Shown piece by piece: positions 50,690 through 63,935 of a stretch of DNA of 64,000 nt. The notes below the pieces were generated by a model. It searched no databases. It had not been told where the DNA came from and saw nothing but the letters and a program-made list of their open reading frames with translations. Each line of letters opens with the position of its first letter. Position 1 is the first letter of the stretch. Location: contig JBHGNT010000014.1 of assembly GCA_043228905.1 (NCBI GenBank), forward strand, positions 14,942,001-15,006,000, in the 5' to 3' direction. This stretch comes from Azolla caroliniana. Lineage: Eukaryota > Plantae > Polypodiophyta. Position numbers and translations under genes: made by a program.

Positions 50690-51857
50690 CAACTCTTCTT
50701 GTTGATTAGATAATGGATGCTTCTACATATCAATGCTTCTTCTCCTCTGTTGCCATTTTGCTTAACATTGATGGGGGGATGACATCCATCTCTTCGTCAC
50801 GTCTCACATTTCTTCAACATCTCCCAACGCCTATCCCCGCTTGTGACAAAGAAAGATGTGGAACAAAACTTCTACCCTCGAACGTCGAGCACATATGTGC
50901 ATATTGTCAAACTTCCACCAGGTGTAGTGCACAATTTGCATAGAAGACATGTTGCCTCTGGGAAGGGAATTGTCGAGTAGAGATTTGACGGTGGCCATTT
51001 ATCCTCACACGTCTTAATGCCTCATTTGTTGCCTACACAAGACAATAATTATTAGCCACTCACAAATAACCATAAAGAATCAACCTTAAGTAGAAGCAAA
51101 TATATGTGTGTGTCCATATATATATATACATATATATATAATTCACTTGAGATCGTTAGGAAAGCTTTGAACTCTACTTGAAAAATATATATGATTCACT
51201 CCAAAAATCCCAGTTCAGTACTCAACAGAAAAACTACAAATCCTTTGTTGTATTTAGTAAAGCTTTGAACTCAACTTGAAAAATAAAGCAGATCATGATT
51301 GTCAATCATAATAAGTAGACGAGAAAAATGAAATCAAGTCATTGAGCGACTCTATGGAGGATCTTTTGCTTCTCATGCAAACTTAGGGTTGAAATCATTG
51401 AAGATTACGCTCTCAGGAATTAATCTTGCAATATCAAAAAATAGATAAAGAATACAAAGAATGCATATAAAGGAATAGGAAGATATGCATATATACTAAC
51501 AAACAAGACTTCTAAATTTGATTTCTTTTCATTGATAGATCATGTATACGATATTTATCCACCTCGAGTCCGGTAAGAGGAAGATGAAACTTCAACAAAG
51601 CCTATGATGGAAAAAAGTTATAACATTGAAAATGTAAAAGAGAAGTGGAAGGAGGAGGAAGAGGAACAAGGAAGTCGAAAGAGAAGTTACCAAAAGGAGA
51701 AGGCCTCGACGTTGAACCCTAAAACCCTAAACCGTATGCTCGGGTTTCAATTTGCATAGTCGTCTTCTCTATTTTCTCGCCCTTGCTCACCACAAAAATA
51801 AAAATTCAAAATTCTCCTCTCACACCACGATTTATGTGTGTGTGTGTGTGTGTGTGT

Positions 51858-52185
51858 GTGGAGCAAGGTGTCTGGAATGGTGTGAGTTGGGTGCCTGAAA
51901 ATAGAGGAGGGTGTCCGAAAATTATTAGTAGGGTGTCTTCTACAGAGCAAGGTATCTGAAAATTATCAATAGGGTGTCTTCTGCAGAGCAGGTTATCTGA
52001 AAAGTATCGTCTGAAAATTATCAGCAAGGTGTTTGAAAATAGAACATAGTGTTTGAATATTATCAAGAAGGTGTCTTCTACAGAGTAGGTTGTCTGAATA
52101 TTATCGATAGGGTGTTTTGCAGGATATGGGTAGGGGCGACTTGTTAGCATGATTTTTCACATATTCTAAGGAGCAAGGTGTTTGG
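51858..52185. repeat. Degenerate ~42-bp tandem repeat upstream of the CruP-like gene
   Basis: Recurring AGAGCAAGGT(G/A)TCTGAAAATTATCAATAGGGTGTCTTCT units after a (GT)n tract. Confidence 0.75.
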
Positions 52186-52679
52186 ATACTGAAGGGTTCA
52201 GGTGACAATTTACAAAGGGTGTCAGCTTGTTTTCATTGGCGTGTTTTTTATTATTTATTCTCAAGATTGGACGGTGTAGATCGCACCGGGCTCTCAGCCA
52301 AGCGCCCTGCACCGTCTGTGGCCGTGATTCCCTCGCCAACCCTCTTTATGATTCGGTATCAGTTAGATGTATGTATGTATGTATGTATGCATAGTACGTA
52401 ATATACTCGAATGCATTGGCAAACATTCTTTTTCATACGCATGAAAACGTATGCGTAGGTTATCAAAACATGTTTTTATTTTTACATTTTTTATCTTAAC
52501 TCTCTTACTTTAAAGAAAGAAAACCTTATAATAAATAATAAATACAAAATTATGGTATTTACCATACTTCGAGCATGTTTACCATACGCGAATGCGAATG
52601 CACGTATGGTTCATACCATGTATGTCTCCTTATCCTTTTCTGTTTCTTGTTTTGCTCTGCATTTCCTTCTTCAGAGGCA

Positions 52680-55600
52680 ATGTTGCTAAGTAGCTGTGCC
52701 ACTCCTTCACTCTGTGGAGGTGGAATCCTTCCTTCACACACTCGGAGAAGGCCATGGATCTCCATGTCTTCAGTGCTCAACCCTCCTCCCTCTCGAACTC
52801 AGGTAAGTCTGTTTTCTCCTTGTCTTCCCCCTTCCGCTTTCTCTTCATCTCATTTCATTTCGGCAGTGCTACTATTCATTTCATGGGTTTCTGGATAATG
52901 ATGAAGTAATAGGGCTGTCATGCCATTGGAAGGTCTCTTTGTCTCTTCTTTCCATGGAAGAAACTAGTTCAGAATGCGTATTGTCAATATTTCCTAGGGA
53001 TTCTGTCAACCAAAGAGAGAATTTATGAAGATTGGGAATGTGAAATTATTTATTCCAGCCAACAAGTATTGATGTCGTCTTCTGCAATCTAACATAGGCC
53101 ACACATCGCAACATCTCCTATAACAATGCCACTTGGAAGGAATACCTCATTGTCACAACCCCATCGTGGTTTCATTGAACTGACAGTTAAATAGAGACTT
53201 AGGAAGTCTTGGCATTTTTGTTCACATTCTAAATAATAGTTCAGAGAGCACAACATCCTATTCAGTGCCATGGAGTATCAAAATTGTCTTTTGCATTTCA
53301 AATTGGCCACAAATTGCACAATCATTTCATATAATGCAAGCATAGCACCTATATATCCACATCATGATTCCTTATTTTTATTGAATTCCCCCTCAAACTC
53401 TTGAATCGCAACACTGAGAGCTTGACCTGAAGCGTTTAGAATCAACAAGAGGAAGATGGATTACTCAGTCAGAGTCCCCTTTGAAATCTCATAGATGAGG
53501 AAGCATGAGCTTATAAGAAGATAGTCATGGCATCATGATACTTTCAGCACTGTTGTCAACTAAGTCAAATATCTAAGGTGGCTCATTTGGGTCATTTTTT
53601 GGTTTCTTCTCGTTTTAGGGTTTAGGTCCAGAGTAATAAAGGCATTAATCTGCCCCCAATGTTGTAATTGTGAGCCATCTGAAATATAATTGAGAATTTC
53701 TTGCTTAATTTCTATCTGATCCATTATCTTTATTTGAATTGCGGTTATTGTTTCATGGTGCTGCTCAATGAATTTGTTCTCAATGATGAGAAGAGGATGG
53801 CCCAACACAGTTTCGTCTGATTGGTGGAATCTTATGGAAAATATATGTTTGTTATAGCAGTGCTTGTTGAGTTCAAACAAAGATTAGGACAACTTTTGGT
53901 GTAAGACCAAGCACTATTCAGCCTGGAGAAGGTCCTGCTATTTTTACAGTTGGTGAATCCAATGTACTAATAGGATTTGGGAACACTTCTAGGAGAATGA
54001 AAACAAGGCAAATGGTCTCATGTAAAATTGGGATGCGATGCAAAGGGTGTGCCACTGCTTCAAAAGAAGGAGACGATGTCTTGGAGACATCTCAAAATCG
54101 AATTGAAAGGCTAACACTATTGGATCTCATTCAGTGGTAGGATTGAGTGTCTAGAAAGATCTGATTGAGAGAAAAATTAGTGAACCGAATTTGGAGGAGA
54201 TAAAGAAGTTCATGGATGAAGCGAAGGTGAAAAAGTTCTCTTTCACTTGCTCGTCTGATCTAAGCTCATTGATCTTTCTATCATACAAATTTCCTCAACA
54301 CTTGATTTTGCCACTAGCAAACTTGTAGTAATGTTATGCTCTAAATATGATGTTTGGAGGTTTTGAAGATATTGCCTCATCTTGTTGAAGTGATGGTACA
54401 TCCTTTTCACCTCATCCAATTGTCCATGAGGGCAGTACCATTATTTTTTCAGCTTCCAAATCCTTTCAAGTCTCTTAGATCTAACACTAGAAGAAATAGT
54501 AGGATCTTTTCCTAATCAAGTAGTTCTTGGTGTGACAAGGAAAATTAGTAAAATCTTGTCTCAAATTCATAGAGCATTGCCAATGTGGATATGTTTTGTT
54601 TTTGGCCGATTTGTAAAAGATAATAATGCGGAAGCTAAACAGAGATCACAACCGGCTCAGCTGGACAGAAACAGAGAACATAGAAAATGGAATACACAGA
54701 GTAGGTGTGTAAGTGTGTGTGTGAGAGAGAGAGAGAGAGCAAACAACAAATCCGCAATTTCAAATAATGAACACTCTGTACATACAATGTGCTCAGTGAG
54801 CACTTTTATACAAGTTCGTAAAAGGACTGATAGAATTATTGACAAGTACTTCAATGCTCGTACCAAGTGATTGACATTGACTACTAAAAATATGCCTATG
54901 TACTAGGCTAGGATTGTAGGGCTCTAACGGCATACCGGTTACACCCAGATCTGGACATTGATCCGACTCTTGGCTTATTAAGCCGATCCGAATCGTGTTG
55001 AGCTTGTCCGCTCAACACTCCCCCTCAAGCTCAACTTGAGGTCGGATCGTGGTGTCTTTGTCTACCAATCCTTTCCTCCGGCTCCTCCTGGCATCTTCCC
55101 GCCTTGCTCACACTCCTCGTCTCATCCAGTCCCGCTTTCCACAACCCGTCCGGTTCCGCGCACCTCGATCTTCTCGGTTGGCTTGTTTGCTCATAAGGCC
55201 CTTCTCAACTCCTTTGCTGCTGTGACTTCGGCGCTTCTCGACCCATCAGCTCCTCCGTGTCGGCGTGGACTTTTGTTGCCTTCACATCCATTTGTCCTTT
55301 CGTTGATTCGGCTCCTCCAAATCAAACACCTCTTCCGAATCGGCTGTCTCCAATTTGTCTTCCTCAAGGCCCTTAACCACATCTGACCATGTCTGGCTCT
55401 TGGCCTTCTTGGCTTTACCTCCCCCTTGTTTGGTCGGCTTTGGCTTAGGCTCGTTCCTTTGGTCACTTCCCCTATATCTGTCCTCAGCTTCTTTAGTTGT
55501 CCCGAAGTCGAATGTTTTATCCGATTTGGATTTTCGGACTTCTTCCTCTTCTTCTCTACTCCTTCTCCCCCTCAAGGTCGGCATGTCGAGGTGCTGCAAA

Positions 55601-58600
55601 TGAAGCACACTCGAAAATTGCCATAGCTTGTCTAAGTCAAGAGGTTTGGTGAAGATGTCGGCAATTTGCCGATTTGTCGGAACATACACCAGTTCGACTT
55701 CACCGGAGAGGACTCGCTCGCGGACAAAGTGATAGTGCACCTCAATGTGCTTGGTCTGGGCATGGAAGACGGGGTTCTTCGCAAGTTGGATGTTGCTGAG
55801 ATTGTTGCAGTAGAGCATTGTTGGATCGGATACCTCCACCTGTAGATCCTTCAATAGCCTTTTTAGCCATATGGCTTCGCATGTTGTGACAACTGCTCCT
55901 CTATACTCAGCCTCTGTGCTCGACAGTGTAACTGTCGGTTGCTTTTTGCTGCACAAGGCGATCGCGATGCTCCCCAATGAAAACGAGAATCCGGATGTTG
56001 ACCGTCGACTGTCGACCGTTGGCATTTCCGGCCCAATCGACACCCGTAGCTGACCAACTGTTCGACAATACCAGTTCGATACAACAGTCCCTTGTCCTTA
56101 GTGCCGCTGACATACTTGAGTATTCGTGGCGCGCATCGAAGGTGCTCCATGGTCGGATGCGCCATGAATTGACTAATCATGCTGACTGGATAACTGAGGT
56201 CCGGCCGGGTGATGGTCAAGTATATAAGGCTTCCGACTCTCTGTCGGAACCTTTTTGGGTCACATGCCGTTCCAGAGTCAGGGCGAAGCTTCACATTCCT
56301 ATTCAGAGGAGTTGAGATGGATTTGCACTCCGTCATGCCGAACTTGAAGAGCATACTCAACACGTAATGCCGTTGGCTGATCAATATGCCTTCAGGGGTA
56401 TGGATCACTTTGATCCCGAGGAAGTAATGAAGGTCCCCCAGGTCCTTCATGTTGAATTATGCCGATAGTTGGGACTTGACGCGACCGATTTCTTCTTGGT
56501 CAGCACCGACGATGACTAAATTATCAACATAAGGTAAAATACTAACCGACTCACTCTGACCTTGCCGGATGAAAAGTGAAGAGTCTGACTTCGACATGGC
56601 AAACCCCATCTGACACAATTGCTGTGTAATCTTCGCGTTCTAGGCACGCGGGGCTTGCTTGAGTCTGTAGAGGGACTTCTTCAGTAGGCAAACAACCGAC
56701 GTGTTCATTCCGGATTGGAATCCGGGGGGCTGTACCATGTACACCTGTTCCTCAAGCTCACCTTGTAGGAACGCATTCTTTACATCCATTTGATGTAAGT
56801 GTCACCCCTTTGTTGTGGCTACTGCCAGTAAAACACGGATAGTTGTCATCTTCGCGACCGGTGCAAACTTCTCATCGTAGTCGATGCCGTGTTGCTGCGC
56901 GCGTAGCCTTTCGTCACTAATCGGGCCTTGTATCGGTTGATGGAATTGTCGGTGTTGTACTTGACCTTATACACCTACTTGCATCCGATCGGCTTCACTT
57001 CCTTCGGAACGTCAACCAAGTCCCATGTTTCATTCTCCGTGAGAGTGTGCATCTCTTCCTCCATGGCGGCACGCCACTTTGTGTCCTTTGCCGCTTGTGC
57101 GTAGCTCTCTAGCTCACACACCTCCGCCACCTTTGTCATGTACACATAGTGATGCACCGTGTAGTCGTTGTATCCGTAATGAGCTACGGGGTGCTTCTGG
57201 CGGGTATATCGGCACAATTTTTGCTCTGCCAATTTGATGGCCCTCTTGGCCGACTCCGACCTCTTCTCCGGAGGTTCGTTCTCATGATTTCCGGAGTTGG
57301 ATTCGCTCCGATCTGACTCTTCCTTGTCTGTGCTATACTCTGGCATCTTCTTCTTCCCTTTCTCTTTACACATGAACCGTCTCCTCGGTTCTTTGCGTGG
57401 GGAGTGCACGACCGAGTCTCCACTATTGGTCGATCCGACTTAGTCTCTCATTCGGCCCACTTAGCTAGAATGAGATCGGACTCTCTTCTTGAGCTCTGAT
57501 TTCTTCTTCGTCCGGAGGCATCTCAGCCTCACTGACCAATGACGTACCATGACGCCGACTCGTCGAACACGACATCTCGACTGACCCGGACCTGTTTGGT
57601 TCGGGGTTTATAATATTTATAACCCTTCTGTTCGGCTGAATAGCCGACAAGAATGCACTTCTCGGCTTTCGCGAGCTTCCTTCGCTTCTCCTTCGGTATA
57701 TGCACATATGCAATGCTCCCGAATACCCTCAAGTGTCCCAGATTCGGTTTCTTCCCGAAATATAGCTCATGTGGTGACACTCCTCCATTTGTAGAAGTCC
57801 GATTTTGTAGGTAGAAGGCTGTCCGGACCGCTTTAGCCCAGTAAGACTTTGGCATATGCTTCTCCTCAAGCATTGCCCGCGCTGCCTCCTCTATCGTCCG
57901 ATTGTTCTGCTCATCCACACCGTTCTACTCCAGTGTGTATCTACAAGAGAATTCTCGCTGAATTCCTTCCTTCTGCAGATAACTTGAGAACTGGTTGGAA
58001 AAGTACTCCTTTCCGCCATCGAACCTTTGGCACTTAATTTTCCTTCCGGTTTCCCGTTCGGCAAGGCTCTTCACCTTCAGGAAACAGGAGAAGACGTCAT
58101 TCGTCTTCGTGATCAAGAACGCCCAAGTGTGCCGAGTGTAGTCATCAATGAAGGTTACAAAGTAACGGCTTCCTCTGCTGCTCACATTTTGTGCCAGTTC
58201 CCACACATCCGAATGGATCAAATCAAGCCGGTTCCGGCTCCAATTTCGCTCGTTGGGGAATGGAAGTCGGTGCTGCTTCGCAAACTTGGTCGTTCCAGCC
58301 ACTAAATTTTGGTAATCCAAAGACAATGTTCTTTGTCTGCATCTCCCGAAGCCGCGGGAAGTTGATATGGCCGAACCGCTTGTGCCACAAGTCTATATCC
58401 GACTCGACATTTTGTCCTTTCTCAAACATAGCGGTTCCAACTTCATTTGTTTCGAGGATTAAACATCCTCCCTTCTCAGTGCCCTTGTGCAATGACTTTG
58501 CCGTCTTCTTTGATGAAGCACTCGAGGTGTGTGAATCGGACCTGCATCCCTTGGTCGACAATTTGTCCAATCGACACCAGGTTCTTTGTGATTGTTGGGA

Positions 58601-61600
58601 CATGCAAGACGTTCATCAGCTTCGCCTTCTATCCGACACTGTTTAGGGGGACTTCATTGACATGTTCTATGGTATGTGGGGTGTTGTCACCGGTTTCGAC
58701 GACCCCCAGTTGTTCCGGTTTCTCCAAGTAATAGAACCACTCCTCGTGGATTGTCATATGGTTCAATGCTCCAGAATCAACATACCATACCTCATTCGGT
58801 TTCGAGGTGCTGGTCTTCATCAAATTAGCCTTGTGCGTCATCACGAAAGCTAGGCCCAATCCATTTCCAGTCTTTCCGGTTCCGGATCCTTCTGATCCTT
58901 TGACGTACTACGAGCTTTGCCGACTCCCTTGTCCGGCCTTTCCGGATCCGGATTTGTCCAAATCGGTGTGCTTCTTCTAGCACTCGCTCTCTCGGTGGCC
59001 TTTCTTGTCACATTTGTTTTGGCCTTTGCTTGCCGATTTCCGGCGCCGCCTTGACTCCCCCTTGTTTTCGTAGGGTCCGGAATTGCTGTTGGCATTCCGA
59101 TTATGCCTTCTGTTTTGCTCCTGTCGGCCGCCTCCATTGCTTGCCAACCCGCCTCGTCCACCACGACCACGGGGCCTATCTTCCTCTGTGTATAATATCT
59201 TGCTGTCGGCGTGCGTATTCGTCAACTCAGCCGCGTGGTTCTCTCAACGAGAAGTATTGATTGCAACTCGAAGAATGATGACATATTCTCTCTCATGCAG
59301 ACCGCCGTCCGGAATGATCCAAACTTCTGCGCCAAACCTTCGAGACAGACCTGCATCATTTCATCCTCCTCGACGGTCACGTTGATAGAGGCAAGAGAGT
59401 CGCAGATGTCCTTGATCTGGGAGGTGTAATCAACCACTAACATGTCTCTTTGCCATACATTGCTCAACTCCTGTCTAAGTTGAAGCTCTTTGGCTGTGGT
59501 GCTTGTAGCGAAAATCTTCTTCAAATTTCCTCAAGCCTTGGTGTCTTGGCGTCCTGGATATAGCTCAATACCTGTTCACCGACACTAGATGCAAAGTAGT
59601 AGAGAACTCTGCTTGCCGATTGTTCCCAAGTCGGAAAATCCCTGGGTGTCAAATCCGGTGCTGCATCATTTGCTCCTTCGACATATCTCCAATATCCATG
59701 TCTTAACAGATATTGGTGCATCTTGTATGACCACGATGCTTAGTTGCTCCTATCGAGCGTCTCTGTCGGAAGCGAGCTTCCCATGCCTCTGCTCATTTCT
59801 CTTCTTAGCTGTTCTTACCAGGTGTTAGGTCTTGGTTTGTGCTGAAAGCTCTTGTTGGCAGCAGAGGATGTTCTAACCCTCGTGCTCTGATACCATGTAA
59901 AAGATAATAATGTGGAAGCTAAACAGAAATCACAACCGGCTCAACCGGACAGAAACAAACACAGAAAATGGAATACACAGAGTACTTGTGTAAGTGAGAG
60001 AGAGAGACAGAGAGAGCAAACAACAAAACCTCAATTTCAAATAATGAACACTCTGTACATACAATGTGCTCAGTGAGCACTTTTATACAAGTCCTTAAAA
60101 GGACTGATAGAAATATTGACAAGTACTTCAATGCTCATACCGAACGACTGACACCGACTCTTAAAAATATGCCTACGTACTAGGCGAGGATCGTAGGCCT
60201 CTAATGGCCTACCGGTTACACTCAGATGCAAACACCGATCCGGACACCTATCCGGCTCTTGGCTTATTCAGCTGATCCTGATCATGTTGAGGTTGTCCAT
60301 TCAATACGATTCCATACATAGCCTTAGGTACCAAATTTCAAAGCTAATTTTAAGGTATTTAAGGGCAGGATAAGTGGGAATCCAATTATCGTCAGACTTG
60401 AGACAACCCATAAAATTTGGGACATTTGGCAACATGTGTAAATCTGGGAGCCTAAGGACTTCAGCTGTATAAAGGGGCTAGCTACCCCTTTGATATACCA
60501 TTTTAGAGATGTAGAGATTCTGTTGTCAAGGCAAATCTCTTGTATTTTGGATCTGTAGTTGGACTGACTTCTGAGGTATAATAAAAAGCTATATTTGGTG
60601 AAATGGGACACTGATGGGGTTTTGTATTTGTCTCATGCCCTTTTCTTGGGGTGGTTGGTGTGGATAAGAACTCTCAAACCATTCCTTTCTTTAATCATTA
60701 TAACTAATTTCTTAATAATAGTATGTGATGTTTATACCTTTCCATGCTGGCCATGTTGCCTAGCTCAATTATATTTACAAATAGCTCACAATTATAGTAC
60801 TAGAGGTGGATTCCCACCTTGAGAGCCCTTGATTACCCTTGAACTGAAATCCTACGCTTAATTAATCTAAAATGAGAAGAAAGCCCCAAATGAGTTCCCT
60901 CTTGTCTTCCTGCATTTTCTCCATGTTATTATACATGATTTCGGGTGCATGGGAGCAGCATGCAAATGGCATGTTGGTGTGCATGCTTGCTTCCCACCAC
61001 CCTTAGCCTAATCCTTTGGGCAAATTACATCTCTGGCACACACCATCATAAGAGATCAATTGTCTTGGTTTAGTGATAGTGCACGCCATGTGCTTAAAGC
61101 ATCATGAATACGGAAAGGATGTGGATAACCACCAAGGGTATATGATCTGAACCATTAGAAGACTCTTATTTATTTGATACAAAATCCTTGTACATAAAAT
61201 ACAATTCTTCTAGCAAGCATATATTGGAATATGATCTTTGGACCATATTGGAATCTTGGATGGTATGCATTAAATCCTTGTATGTTGAAGGGTAGACCTT
61301 ATTCCATTGACATGAACTGATTTGGGTGGGTATATGTTAGAGTCTAACTATATATTTAAGCAAAACATAAGGAATTATAGGCAAAAGAAAGTAAAGAGGG
61401 GTGTGATACCACCCAATCAACCCCTAGCGACAGTGTGAGATTGACCCAAACCTCCTCGATATCCCATCCCATCAAGTGTTGATGTGAGTTGTACCTTGGG
61501 TTCTGCGAGGATTTCACATGCTTAGCTAACATGAGCCATAGCCACACTGACCCAAACCTCCTCGATAGCCCATACCATCAAGTGTTGATGTGAGTTGTAC

Positions 61601-63935
61601 TTTGGGTTCTGCAAGGATTGCACATGCTTAGCTAACAAGAGCCATAGCCACACTGACATAGTCTCAACATAGGTCAAGCCCCTTGATAAGAAGATAGCTA
61701 GTCTTCGTATATAGACAAAAACCCTAGGGCTTGGTATGTTCACACACTTCACTGCTTCATGTGAAGTGGTCAAGTGATAATACACTTAATAGTTATCTCA
61801 CAATGTAGAATATAATTCAATTCATATCCTTGTTAATTTCCAAATCAACCCACACATAGTCATCATAAGATTAGGGAAAACTGCGGAAAACCTATCTCAT
61901 GATTAGTTATGGTTATGCATGTAATAGTATATAGATACAATATATGAATGCAACTCTGGATGAACTAACTCCCTTCTCCTCTCTTTCTTGATGCATATGC
62001 TTGACTTTGTGGGCTGATTTTTCTACAAGTTTGGAGGGGTGCTGAGGCAATACAAATCATTTCATCAATATATCTAAATTTCTATTAGGCATATACTTGA
62101 CTTCATAGAACTGAAAACTGAATTGATTTTTTATTAGAACTACAGAGGTCAATTTTCATAGTGCATGACAATCCAGATCAAGCGATGATTAAAAACAGCA
62201 CTTCCCATCTTGACATGTGCATAACTTGGATGTGACTACTGCTAATGTTATTAATTTCTACATGACTGAAGATTATGGGGTTGACATCTACATTTTAGTT
62301 CTAAATCGTAGTGTTCCTGTTTGTGCACATCAAAGAGCTGAGAAAGAAAGAAATATTAACATCTCTAAAAGAACATAATGGCCTATAATACCTAACAAAA
62401 CAATTAACTTGTCAAAGTGGGTTTGTCCTGTTGATGGCATGTTATATATATTATGGACATGTGAGAATCATCAATATCATTGCAGATAATAATGGATGGT
62501 ATATCTTCTGGAAGCGAAGTAGGCGGAGCTGGTGGAGCCTCCTCTTATTCTGCTTTAAAGAGACTTGATGAGCAATGGCTAAAGTTGCGCAATAAAATAT
62601 CAGGTATCAGTTGCATTTTGATGTCGAACATGTGAACTGTCATTGCATATTGAATAGATGGTTTGCTTATCCCGATCCCAAATGTATTGGGTGTAAATTC
62701 ATCTGAAGTGACTCTTGTACATATATGAATGACCTGATAAACATATTAGAACTTTGAACCTTTGTTCTATGATAGTCTTGTTGTTTTTCTGAGCATATAA
62801 TTAGCATTACATGTACGTTACTGAAGTTGTGTGGGAGGCCTTTATCATCCACTAACTGGGCGGGTGGAGATTTTGTGATGACAAATGAAATTCTGAGGCT
62901 CTTGTATTGAGTAAATTTGTGTTTTTCAATGTTAGGTAATGTATTTCTTTTTCTTTTGCTCGCGTTCTGTATCACCTCGTTTTCTAGTTGTGCATGAGCT
63001 GCAGATTAGTACAAGTTAAAGGTCACAAACAAATCTCCTCTATCTTTATGAGTGAAATATGTGAAGACATTTTGTATTCATCCAGATATAGAATTTTCAT
63101 GATGTCTGTTCATCACAGCTGTATTGACTAATTTTTTTTTGTAGCATCATTTTCATTGTCTTATGTATATCACATGAGGGATACTGTGACCAATTAATGT
63201 ACGCAATAATACGTTAAAGTGGAATATTGGGAGTTTATCCTATATTAGAATAGTTGAAATTTATGTATTAGGGATGGAGCTTGCTTGTAAACATGGGGCT
63301 TGGTTTTAATTTAATGGTTCAAATAAAAATGTAATACATAAGATTGGCGATCAAAGATATTTGTCATGCATTTTATGAACGTTGTTGTTTTTCATATGGG
63401 ATACCCTTTTTGCAGGATCTGGTCCACCTCCAGAAGTTGTTTCTAGGGATTTGGGACCATGTTTGAACAAAATCTCTAAAACAGAACTATTTGATATTAT
63501 TGTTTGTGGAGGTACATTAGGCATATTTATTGCTGCGACCCTGGCTCGTAGAGGTCTTAGGGTTGCTATTATTGAGAGAGGAAGATTGCAGGGGGTATGT
63601 TATAGCTCATAATACACATATATCATTCCAATGAAAAATTAGATATTTCTGTACTTACATCCATTCCTTTCTTCAGCGTGCCCAAGACTGGAACATATCA
63701 CGGAAAGAACTCAATGAGCTTGTTGATATGGGAATTTTGTCATCAGATAGCATTGAAGACATCATTTCCGTAGAGTTTAATCCTGTAAGCACAGTATAGG
63801 TTTACAATAGTATTATTCATGTATGGTTCTGTGTTCAGATTATTTATAAATTGTTCTTCTCTATTTTCAGAATAGATGTGGATTCAAAGGTTTTGATGAC
63901 ATTTGGGTAGAGGACATTTTAAATCTTGGTGTCTC
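52680..63935 (+). CDS. CruP: CruP-like FAD-dependent lycopene cyclase paralogue (At2g32640-like), 5' partial; continues beyond the window
   Basis: In-frame GT-AG exons 52680-52802, 62486-62603, 63416-63594, 63677-63784, 63871-63935. They encode a transit-like [10 protein letters not shown]...SRTQ, then [27 protein letters not shown], the Rossmann motif [15 protein letters not shown]...[19 protein letters not shown], and FNPNRCGF...[12 protein letters not shown]. Confidence 0.88.
54612..60306 (-). mobile_element. Ty1/Copia LTR retrotransposon G in intron 1 of the CruP-like gene (degenerate, related to A)
   Basis: LTRs 54612-55017 and 59896-60306 (end CA changed to TA); perfect TSD CGATT; iMet PBS 59884-59895; PPT 55018-55028. 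Gag ([11 protein letters not shown]), protease ([11 protein letters not shown]), integrase, RT and RNase H fragments with many frameshifts. Confidence 0.95.
61335..61926. mobile_element. Solo LTR with an internal ~106-bp duplication, in intron 1 of the CruP-like gene
   Basis: TGTTAGAG...GTAATA (probably mutated GTAACA); TSD GTATA on both sides; homologous to 50236-50689; duplicated unit at about 61442-61547 and 61548-61657. Confidence 0.75.

Noticed and set aside
53380-54600. Possible old LINE relic interrupted by Copia G
   Set aside because: It is too degraded for me to read a diagnostic motif, so I did not annotate it.
3954-60306. All five full-length Copia elements lie on the minus strand
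   Set aside because: The sample is small (1 in 16 by chance) and solo LTR F has the opposite orientation.
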